From the NCBI GenBank assembly GCA_034780895.1, contig JAUZTB010000118.1, forward strand, positions 66,954,649 to 67,018,648: a stretch of DNA of 64,000 nt, written 5' to 3'. The notes beneath the pieces are model-generated. The model saw only the letters and a program-made list of their open reading frames with translations. It did no database searches and was not told the origin of the DNA. Origin of the DNA: Rhynchobatus australiae (lineage: Eukaryota). This document shows, one piece after another, positions 52,701 to 64,000 of this stretch. The first letter of the stretch is position 1. Every line of letters begins with the position of its first letter. The position numbers and the translations under genes are program-made.

Positions 52701-55700
52701 TCATATTGCGCAGAATTTTAAGTGGTTGTTATGAACTGGAGAAAACACCAAGTAATTCTTATTACTACATCCAGTAAGATATTTCAATAGTTTGTACTTC
52801 CAAGAAAATTTCTCTATTTAAGGTAGCAGTTGAAATAAGACCAGTAGAGTAATAGAATAGAAAAAGCAACAGTTCTGTATTTAGGGTTTGATATAAACCT
52901 AATAGAGATTAATATGACTAATCTCTCAAGTTATTTACCCATCCATGCTTTCCTTGTATTGATATTTCTAAATACAATATAGAAGCCAAATTTATTTCAT
53001 CATTTTTTCTTTATCTTTCTTTCCTATTCTTTCTTGCCCTTGAACTTAACTTTCATTCCTACTGTTGTACCATCTCTATATTTTCTTGTAGCACTTGGCA
53101 GTGATGACATTCTAAATTCATCCGATAAGGACATTAAGACTAGATCATGAGATTTGGGAGAAAAATAATAGTAAAATATATTATTTATGTAAATTTCCAA
53201 AAAGCTTTTGCTAAGGTACAACACGATAGACTAATATCAGGTAAAAAAGATAATGTACAAATGGCACTGATCTTTAATTCAGTAGGAAGTTTCATGAAGT
53301 TACATCCCGGTGCCCACAACCATGTAAACAAATATAAGAGCATTCAGGTCAGCTACCATAAAAATAAGTCACATGGAATGGCAATGGAAGTGACAGATGT
53401 CACTGAATCAAGAAATGTGTAAAACAGACCAAAATCATAACACATTGTTTCAAGCAATGATCTATCAAGCACTCATTGAATTTTGGCAATAAACCATGAA
53501 TAAATTGTTTCTCCTCAAACCAAAGAATAAATTAATCCCAGGAAACAATTATACAAGGTTTTCAAGCATTCACATTTTATTTACCAAAAGTTGTCATATG
53601 CAAAAATAAATGCAATCAGCATAAAGCTGAAGGTTATAGGGTTGAATAAAGCTTCAAGAGAGAGGTCAATAGATACCTCGATATTAAGAGAATCAGGGGA
53701 CATGGGATTGGTGAAAAAATAACAAGATGCTGGAAGGAACTCAGCAGGTCAGGCAGCATCCGTGGAGGAAAACAGACACTCAACTTCTTCCAGCATCTGC
53801 AGTCCTTTGTTTCTTGAGACATGGGATTGGTGTAGGAAAGTGGTACTGATTAGCCTGGTTTTATTGAATGGATTACTGTTTTTATTCATTATATGAAATA
53901 TTTCCTTCATTTATATGGCCCACTATTGACACAAAGTGCTTTTCTTGAAGCTCCAAAAGTTGCCCAACTAGCACTTGTGCCTAGACTGCAATAAAAGACA
54001 TTGTCAAAATGCTTGCTATATTTTCATAGTCTCCTTAGTATCAAAAATGCTTATCATAATGCTTTCTTTGCCCTAGCAGGTTACTTATGATGGATTAGGG
54101 TCTAAGTCTTTATTTTTCTTGTAGTTTAACTTTTCTTTACGCTTGTTTATATGTTTGTATAATCTCCTGTTTGTCTGTAAATGTTCAGTAGATTTTCAGT
54201 AATTTGTAGGTTCTGTACTCCTGTAGTTTCATGGTCCGTAAGCCTGAGATGTCATGGCAGTGTAAATCAAGACTGTCCTTGTTGTCTCACAGGCTGTTCG
54301 ATCAGGAAGACTACTTATCTCTCCAGCTTGAACCAGTTTTCAGTATGAAGAAGGACCATGAGGCAGGTTTCTTTCAGTTACTGTTAGTTACCGTTAGTTC
54401 TTTGTTAGAGTGAGTGCGAGTGAGTTAGTTACAGCTAGAGTTAGTGTTATTTGCTCACAGTTCTTTACTGCTATTTCTTTGTTATGAACATCTAATAAAA
54501 CGGCTGTGATCACAAGAGTAATGCCTCATTCTTGACTTCTGAAGAACCTTCTGGATGATATCATCTACTGATCCAACACATTGGACACACAAGGTTCACA
54601 ATTCTATTGAAGCAGACACAAACACACCAGCACATTACACATTTTGTTGACTTCAAGTGGCAGAGCTAGGCACCCTCAAGCATGAATTCTTTTGGTTCTC
54701 ATCACATAGATAAGCATTTGGTAGGTCCAGAAGCAAGAGGCCCTGTGGATAATTGAAATGGGCCGTCACCACCAGATCATAGCCNNNNNNNNNNNNNNNN
54801 NNNNNNNNNNNNNNNNNNNNNNNNNNNNNNNNNNNNNNNNNNNNNNNNNNNNNNNNNNNNNNNNNNNNNNNNNNNNNNNNNNNNNNNNNNNNNNNNNNNN
54901 NNNNNNNNNNNNNNNNNNNNNNNNNNNNNNNNNAGCATTTACCATGCAAATTAGATGCCCTCTTCCTGACCCATGTACCCCAACATGCTCAGCACTGGAG
55001 GGCACCAGCAGAAGTTATTTTAATATGAACTGCAAGATTCCAGCCTTGTAATTTTTGCTTCACAGTCCCTATAATCTACAAAGTTGCATCCAAATGCTGA
55101 TAGTTTCAAACTTGATCTGTGTTGCAATTCAGGAAGTAAATATTTTCTGAAATTTTACTCCATAATATGAACACAAACTTACAGCATATCCCTATATTTA
55201 TTTTCTATTTTAATGTGGCTATTAAGAAGTACATTTGAAATTAATTCTGAAATAATATGCAATAGAAAGGTTTTACCCCAAGTATCTGATTCCTGCTCTG
55301 AAAATGTTAACACAAGGGCCTGCATTATTTGTATGACCTTTAGTTTCAAACATTGTGCATATTTGCATTTTGAAACTGTTAAAAGTTCCCTTTCTTGCTG
55401 TTGTTATGGTTGCACAGGAAGTGTCATGGGAAGCAGAGGGCTGTGAGAGGTAATCAAGGAGTGAATCAGAATATTATGGTAGGAACAATGCCTTGATAAA
55501 TACCAATAGGACAGAGAAAAAGAGATTATATTTATATGTGGCTTCACATGTATTTCACGCTTTAGAGTCTTGATGGAAAAGCTCACCTCAAGGTTTTGCT
55601 CCTTTTGTATGAATTTAGCTTAGGATTGTCAAAACAATCCTTTGTTTTGACTATGAATATTTCTCACTTTGTTTTTAAGTCAAAAGCTGCAGAAGGAGTA

Positions 55701-57559
55701 ATACTCTCAGCAAAAGGATTCTAACAATTGCATCCAACTAAATTTTAGTAGAAAGTAAGAGCAGCAGAATTTATAAGAATCACAATCATTGGTTAATGCC
55801 AATGGTTGCAACTGTGAATAGTGCGAGGTAACGATGGTCTAGAGGAGGTATAGATGCAAAATAATTGTCTGAAATCACCAGAGGAGTGTGAAAAAGAATG
55901 CCAGTGTTGAAAATGTTTAGAAAGTTNNNNNNNNNNNNNNNNNNNNNNNNNNNNNNNNNNNNNNNNNNNNNNNNNNNNNNNNNNNNNNNNNNNNNNNNNN
56001 NNNNNNNNNNNNNNNNNNNNNNNNNNNNNNNNNNNNNNNNNNNNNNNNNNNNNNNNNNNNNNNNNNNNNNNNNNNNNNNNNNNNNNNNNNNNNNNNNNNN
56101 NNNNNNNNNNNNNNNNNNNNNNNNNNNNNNNNNNNNNNNNNNNNNNNNNNNNNNNNNNNNNNNNNNNNNNNNNNNNNNNNNNNNNNNNNNNNNNNNNNNN
56201 NNNNNNNNNNGAATAATCTTAACTAAATGCCTTGCAAGTCAAGTATTTATTTATGTTTTCAGCCATCTTGTGGTTGATTCTTGATTTGGGATTAAGGTTG
56301 CTTATTATCCTGAATATTTTAATAACGATTGTTGGATTAGATTAATTCAAAACGCCTGTAGGCATATTTTTTGTTTTTTTGAAAATCATACCATGGAAAA
56401 TATTCATCAAGTTCATTCCTTGCTGGAGGGTAATTGCTGTTTAATGTTTAGAACAGTCAGCATTTTAGAAGATGTACTAGAGCCAATAATTAATTTTGTT
56501 TATGTTCATGTACATTAAAATTCACTTCTCAGGTTAAAGGTCTGTAGTGTTACCAGAAGAACTCAGGCTATGGAACTGGTTGCTCATAAGATGTCCAGAT
56601 ACACCAAAGAAAGTAATCTAACCCAGGGTATGTTGTGCAATAAACAGTCTACTGCAGGAACTCAGCAGGTCAAGCAGCATCTGAAGTGGGAAAAGAATTG
56701 TCAATAATTTAGGTTGAAACCCTATGGGAATAAGAGTGGAGAGGGGTGAGAGCCAGTACAAAGAGGGGTTGGGGGTGGGGGAGAAAGACTGGTGCAACAA
56801 GGGCCAGATGTGATGGGTGGACTGAGGAGGGATGAAAGATGACAGGCAGATTGAGCCAGGAAGGGGAGGGGGAGGGGTGGATATGGGTTTATTGGTAGTA
56901 ACTGTTAAATTAACTTTCAATAAATCATTGTCAGATTAGATTGAAGTGTAATTTCGATTGTGTTTCCACACTTGCCATTTCATTCTTTTATTTTGTATTT
57001 GTTAACACTGAAGGAATCCTTACCTATAAATCAAAGAAAACATATTTCTTTGATTACTTGAACACAATTCCAGAATTCCTTAATAAATTTAGAAAAAATA
57101 TAATCATACGTAAAATTGGGAGTACATTGGGTGTAATGAAAAACAGTGAGGATTTCATTGATCAGCATTCTGATTATGATATACAGTATGTGGTGTTAAA
57201 CTATAATTTAAAGAGAGAAATTAATAAGATGACTACAGAGCTGAAAATTATTAGTCTGGGCTATCCATATTAATATATAAACTGGGCTTGTGGTAATACA
57301 AGGCAATCCTTGGCCAACTACACACAAGATTAGATGATTGTATGTGGAACTCACGTACGTGACCATTAACTGAAATAGACCCAAAGCAGATTTTGGATAT
57401 TTTTTAAGTTACCCAGTTAAGATCAGTAAAAATAAGTAGTGGAACACAGCCCTTTTAAAATCTTCCCATAAGAAATTTCATCACTATTAAAATACACAGC
57501 GAAACTTAGATTTTCAAAAAGAAAAATCAGAATGGCGATTTTAATGTTAGAATATAAAT

Positions 57560-59055
57560 AGCTTTATTCTTTTGCAGGATGTGAGTTACCCTGGAAAGGA
57601 CATTTATTGGTCTAAATATAGAATGTGATCCTCAGTTGAATTCCTGAACTGTTGCAATTCCTGATGTGAAAGGAAGGATTGGCAATAAGCATCCAATTCA
57701 AGATGAAATGTGACTTATGATGTATAACTTAGAAAGAATGATGCTCAATTCACCTGCTACCCTTATCCTTCCAGGTGGCGCTGGTGGGTGTCAGAAATGT
57801 CATTGAATTAAGTGGCAAGGTTATTGAATGTGTAGAAGGTGGATACTATCAAGTCAGCTGCTCTCTGTGGTGGGGTTGAGTTGCTTAAGTATTGTTACGG
57901 GTGTATTCATCTAGGCAAGTAAAGGGGATTCCATCCCACTCTTAATACATCCTGTGGAAGACTTTGGGTATTCATGAAGACAACCTTCTGCAAACCTGGT
58001 CCATAGTACCTGACCACCACTTGCTAAGCATTATAATCAGGGGTATAGCAAAAGTAATGCTATTGAGTGTCAAATACAGTTAGTTGGCAATGCTGAGGTC
58101 CTTGTTAGGACTGCCCAGGAAGTTGAAATGGGGAAAACATGGTAATACTTTTTTTAGTTGTTATCTGTCCCTTTCATAGCATGCATGTTACTTTTCGACC
58201 TATCAGCCTGTGCCTAAGTATTGTCTACGTGTTACTGCAGATATGCAAAGTTTGCTTCATTGGCTAAAGGCTTGTGAAAGGAATTGAACATGGTGTAACC
58301 ATCAGCAACCACAATGACTCCTAACCTTGTGATGCAATAAAAGTCACTGATGAAGCAACTGAAGATGACTGGGACTAGGATACTGCCCTGAAGAACTGTA
58401 ATAACTTCCTGTAGCTCCAATAATTCATCTCTGAGAATAACAGTCATCTTTCTTTCCGCCAGTGGTGACTCTAGTCATTAAAAATCTTTCCTCCTGATGC
58501 CCACCATCTTCAGTTTTACCAAGGTATCTTGATGTCATGGGCAGTCACTCTCACTGCAGGCACTCAGCTCTGTGGTCTATGTTTGGACAAAGGCTGTGGT
58601 GAGGTCTGGACCCAAGAGATCATGGCAAAACCAATATGGCAGTTGACGAATAGGTGCCATTTCATAGCACTGTCAACAATATCTGTCACCGCTGATGACT
58701 GAGAGTAGACTGATTGATTAGAATTAGCTGGATTGGATTTGTCCTGTTCAGAATCAGAACACATAGGACATAAAGCTGGGTAACTTTCCCCATTGTTGAA
58801 TTAGTTGCCAATGTTGTAACTGTATTGTAACAGCTTGGCCACAAGTGCAGCTGTTTTTTCCTAAAGAGTGCAATTTTTTGATATTACAGCCAGGATGGTG
58901 CCTGTCCCATATCCTTTGTTCTATCCATAGTTCTCTATTCTTTTTCATATCTCATGAAGCTAATCAAATTGGCTGAAGACTGCCTTCTGTGATGTGGATC
59001 TCTCAGGAAGAAGCTGGGGGATCATCCATTCAGCACATGTGGTTGAACATGGTTG
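57560..59055 (-). mobile_element. Old CR1/L2-group LINE remnant, probably related to 31870-32410
   Basis: Remnant V.QGSIL.PVIFSCFISD......LGV..VAD.YTMF (RT motifs) at 58232-58447. Confidence 0.6.
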
Positions 59056-62000
59056 CTTAAGAACATAAGTAGGAGCAGGTCACTCAGTCTCTTCCAACAT
59101 TCAGTAAGATTACTGATCCTTTATCTTGATTCCCTTAATATTTACTTTTGATTTCCAGTTTGAATATATTCAAGTGGCTGAGCATCCACAGCCCCCTCAG
59201 GTTTAGAATTCCAAAGATTAATACCTTCTGGGTAAAGAAATTTCTTCTCACCTCTGTCCTGCTGATCCTTTGAGATTGTGACTTCTATTTCTAAAACACC
59301 CTTGGCAGGTGAAACAACATCTCCATAACAAACGTTTGTTTCAAAGAGATTTAATTTTATACTTATAAACTTCACAGAATATCAGTCCAGTTTGCATATC
59401 TTTCCTCCTTGGGCAAATCAACTATTTGAGCAGTCAATCTGGTGAATATTTAGTTATGCCCATTGCATCTGTTCAGTATGCATGTGGTTGTGTGTTGCAG
59501 CTTCACTGGATTAGCAACCCAGACTTGACAACAATATTAGAATGGGAGCTATGTCAAGGCATGAGATTACAGATTACGATAGTGTATGTTTCTGTGTCTG
59601 CCAGTGTTGACAGTACTTCATGGGTGTCAATCCCTTTAACACAACAGGATGGAAGATGGACAAATGTACATCAAAGGAGCCTGGAATAAAATCTGTTAAA
59701 CTCACGCTTATTTCTTCCATCAGAATCAAAGAATATAAAAGCTCAACCATTCCAAAGTTTCGCTATAAAGTATGGCATTACACTGGGTACAATATCATTT
59801 CCCTATGGAGATAGACAAAAATTACATCATCTGCACATCCAGCTTCTTTCTCGAAGTTCAGGCACAGTTGTTTCACACCACTTAGTTAAAGCAATGAAAG
59901 TTTTTGGAGAAAATTTAGCTCTTTTGGAAAAGAAGAATATTGCTAATTCACAAGAACAAATTAATAGTTTGATGAAAATAAAAAAAATGCAAATGCTGGA
60001 AATGGGAAATAAAACAGTAAATGATGGAAAAACTGAAGTCAGGCAGCATTCATGGAAAGGGAAACAGTTAACATTAAATTGCAAGTGAATAGTAAGAGGA
60101 AAAAGATTTTAATATTAGTATACATCTCTCTAAATGATCATGGCCAATTCAGACAGGTTTAAAAGCTACGTCCAGTTTTAAAGCTCTCACATCATGGTAA
60201 TATTAAAACTTTGAACGAGGTTGAGATGAGGGCCATAAGATGATTGCAAGTTTAATATACCTTAGATATCCATATACAATTAAAAAGCTGCTGCTACATA
60301 TTTTCGGGAACCATAGATCAATGGGGCATTCAACAACAATCTGCAACAAAATAAATGATCAAACTTTTGAATGTTGACAAATTATTTCTATTTAAAATGG
60401 CAAGAGATAGGGTGCAATGAGTTAGATGTTACACTGTATTCCGCCACAGCCACGCCCCCCCCACCCCCCGCCCAGGACAGGGAACCAGAGATTGGTAGAA
60501 CAGGCTAGGTTTTGTGTGCTGAGTGTTCCTAAACTGTCTAGCTTTAAAAAAAAAGNNNNNNNNNNNNNNNNNNNNNNNNNNNNNNNNNNNNNNNNNNNNN
60601 NNNNNNNNNNNNNNNNNNNNNNNNNNNNNNNNNNNNNNNNNNNNNNNNNNNNNNNAAACTGTCTAGCTTTAAAAAAAAAGAGCCAAACTATTTCCCAGAT
60701 GGGGCAGGATTGCAGCATAGAGTAGGTTGGTGTCAATTAATGAAAGTAATGGTTAATATGGCCTTCTGGTAAAAGTCATTGACCTGAAATATTAACTTTG
60801 TTTTACTCTCCACAGATCACATATGATCTGCTGAGTATTTCCCACATTTTTTATTTTCACTTTTAGACTAGACCCAATCACATAAAAGGCTTGCAAAACA
60901 ATTTAAATATTGTTTTGTATACCTAGTCTTGAATTTTCTTTTGCTTTATTTCCTGTCCCTGGCACTTCCTTTTTACCAATGGCTAGGGAGTCTCCTGACC
61001 AGATGAGTAATATTGCACATCAATACTGGATGCATGGCATGAACCAGCCTCATCATCTGCTGTCCAAAAATTAACAAAATAAATGATTTACTAGGAACAC
61101 AATATATCAGAACTTTGAGTGCTTTGTGAAAAGCCTTTCATTTCTGTTTAATTGTAAGATGTGCCAAGAAGTTAGCATTATATTTTCAGCACTTAATGCC
61201 TGCCCACCTACACCTTCCTACTAGTTGCATTGGGGCTGTAAAGATGATGGTTGATCTTTTTTTGGAGTACTGTATTTATCTATGACAGTACCCCATCTGA
61301 AATTCATCCTGGCTTTTATTCCCTAAAGTAACAGTACACTATCTCAGCACTGTGGTAGTAGTGACCTGCACGGATTTGCAACTAGTTATATTGACAGAGC
61401 TGATTTTCCTGTGCGACTTTTTTTGCTGTGATGTATTTTGTCACTGCAAGGACAAGTAATAATACAAATACCGAGCAAGAAAAATCAATATAACAACATA
61501 ATATCCAGGCTAAACTGCAGGTGAAGGTTAACATTTTGGATGAGAACCTTCCAGCTGCAGAAAGACTGGAGAGAATGCCTGGACACTGAATTTGTTATGC
61601 AAACTACTTTTGCAGTCAGTACATGCAATAATGTACATTCTATTATTCAGTGATTAATCATAAATTTACTGCCTTAAAAGACAGCAGACAATATTAGCTT
61701 TCAAAGGGGAATTGAAGGGAAAAACAACTATGAATGAATGGAATTAACATCTCTCGCAAAAAAAAGGACAGGCATGATGTGCTGATTGGCCTCTTTATAA
61801 ATTGAACAATAGAATGCTGCATGGAGCACATTTCACTCAGGTATATGAAAAGATATGCCAGCAACTAAGGCATCATTCAGTAAAGGCGGCTGTAGAACGT
61901 AAAGAGAAATCAAGGAAGTTTACACAAGAAAAAAAACAGTAAATACAGGAAATCTGAAATAAACACTAGAAACACACAGCTGGTTAGTTGACATACAAAA

Positions 62001-62899
62001 GGGTAAGAGTGGATTATGATTTAGGGTTAAGGTTTGATATTTGTTCTCTTTACAGACCAGGGATGTTGTCTGGGCTGCTGAATTAGCCCAGAATTTTGTG
62101 TTTGTTTTAGTATTCGTTTGTTTTTAATTTGAGACAGCTAGCATCTGATTGAATCATTCCAAGTGAATTTCCTCCCCCCCCCCCCCCCAAAGCATCAGAA
62201 TAAGGCAGGCAGATGTGATTACATGCATCTTTATATCAATTGGTAGACTTTCCTTTTAAATGAGCAACTTAATTTGCGCAACATTAAATACATTTGGTTC
62301 ACTCTTCAAATGTCAGAAGATCAGATTATGTCCAAAGTAAATGAGGTAAATGTTTCAAAATATTTCATCAAGAGAGATTAGATTTTGCCAAAGCACAGGT
62401 AAAGGTTGTACAAACTGCATTTCACTCATCCAGCCCACAAGCAAAGTTCAAATTTCCAGAAACGTCCAACACAACAAATTCTGCTTGTGGAAAATTATTG
62501 CTGAAGAACAGTTTCCATAATAAGAAAGATAAAGCTAAATTCTTGAACAAATGTGATAAGACTAGGCAAGCAAAGGGATTATGTTTAGTACCAAGTTAAT
62601 TAAACAGTATATTATTTTCAGGAACAGTGAAAGTAGTTCACTTAATTGCTGTATTTGAAGTGAAACACCCACACCATCCCAATGCTTAGCCAAACAGAAA
62701 AATGTTAGACGTGCTTGGTACTTCAGCCTGGATCTATGGAGAAAGAGAATTTGGATGAAATGTCAATATCCAGATAAATAAACTCTTTTTCTCATTCCAA
62801 AGATGCTCAATGACCCAAGTATTTCCAACATTTTCTATTTTGGTTTAGATTTCCAGCATTTGCAGTATATTTAGGATGGTCATTTTGAACATAGTAGCC

Positions 62900-64000
62900 T
62901 AAGAATATAAGAATTAAAAGCAGGAGTTGGCCATCTGGCCTTTCAATCCTGCTTCACTATTCAAAATCATGGCTGATCAGCTTTCTCAGCTCCATTTTCT
63001 GGATTATCCCCATATTCTTTGATTCCCCAAATATCCAGGAAATCTATCATACTCCATTTTGAATGAACTCAATGACTGAGCCTCCACCGGCCTCTGGAGT
63101 AGAGAATTCCAAAGATTCAACACCTTTAAGTGAAGGCATTTCTCCTCAGTGCAGCCCTGAATGACTGATTGTTTATTCTGAGGAAGATTTCTGGCTCTAA
63201 ACTCACCAGAAAAGATCCTCCTTGTGTTCACCCTGTTGAGGCCTCTAAAGATCTTTCAGGTTTCAAAGAGCTCACCTTGCACTCTTCTAAACTCGAGAGA
63301 AAATAGGCTTAGTCTGTGTAATCCCCCCATGTGTGGCAAACCTACCATCTTAGAAACCCATCTGACGAATCTTCATTGCAAGTATATCATGCTTTAGGTA
63401 AGAAAAACAAAACTGTACACAGTACTTTAGATCTAAGGCAGTTGCAATAATTGCTCTTAGACATCTTTATTCCTGTTCTCAAATTCTCCTGTATTAAAGG
63501 GTAACATACCAATTACTATCCTATTTACCTTCTGCACCATCACTTTCAATGACTTATGTACAAGGACACCCAAGTCCCTTTAACACCAACATTTCCCAAT
63601 CTATCACCATTTTAAAATACTTTGCTTCTCTATTTGTTGCACTAAAGTGGATGACTTAACATTTTTCTGCATGATATTCCATTTGCCTTGTTCTCATCCT
63701 TTCTCTCAGTTTGTCTGAATCTTCTTGAAGTCTCTTCACATTCCCCTCCTTCCTNNNNNNNNNNNNNNNNNNNNNNNNNNNNNNNNNNNNNNNNNTATTA
63801 CCTTTAGTCCCCTCAGCTAAACCGATGATATAGACTGTGGAGCTCAAACACTGACCCCTAGAGTAATCCATTGGACAAACCTCCCAATCTGAGAAAGATC
63901 TGCCTACTCAGACTCTGCTTTCTGTTCAATAACCAATTCTCAATCTATGCCTGTATATTCCTACCTTGTCAACCAACCTTCTGTAAGGGACCTAATTACA
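62900..64000 (-). mobile_element. Old CR1 LINE 3' portion
   Basis: Remnant KVLNLWNSL.QR.VEAQSL..FKME.DRF and RT remnants toward the window end. Similar fragment at 59060-59440. Confidence 0.75.

Noticed and set aside
60531-60680. Direct repeat AAACTGTCTAGCTTTAAAAAAAAAG on both sides of a 100-N gap
   Set aside because: Typical unmerged contig overlap, i.e. an assembly artefact.
1-64000. CRISPR arrays, tRNA or rRNA genes, operon-like systems
   Set aside because: Eukaryotic intronic DNA. No regularly spaced repeat-spacer array was seen, and the tRNA-like and 5S-like pieces are degenerate SINE heads.

Overview
AT-rich, gapped vertebrate genomic DNA. The repeat content (CR1 LINEs, Rex1-type LINEs, V-SINEs, Penelope-like remnants) suggests a cartilaginous fish (inference). 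The whole window lies inside one minus-strand gene, PCSK5 (proprotein convertase PC5/6). I read 13 small exons encoding the long furin-like cysteine-rich region specific to the membrane-bound PC5B isoform, from the first B-specific exon (49298-49196) to the penultimate exon (1016-833). Visible splice sites are canonical GT-AG and intron phases are mutually consistent. Two exons run into N gaps and three expected exons were not found, probably because they lie in gaps. Most ORFs in the supplied track are spurious or span Ns. Main unusual observations: (1) a lone, intact, splice-site-flanked exon resembling CCDC93 in a PCSK5 intron on the same strand, which would introduce a stop codon if spliced into PCSK5; (2) a dispersed repeat family carrying a minimal hammerhead-ribozyme-like motif, linked to Penelope GIY-YIG remnants; (3) a 5S rRNA-derived SINE-like relic; (4) an old local intronic duplication that includes a MITE end. 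Homology calls come from my recall of the human proteins and repeat families, not from a database search.
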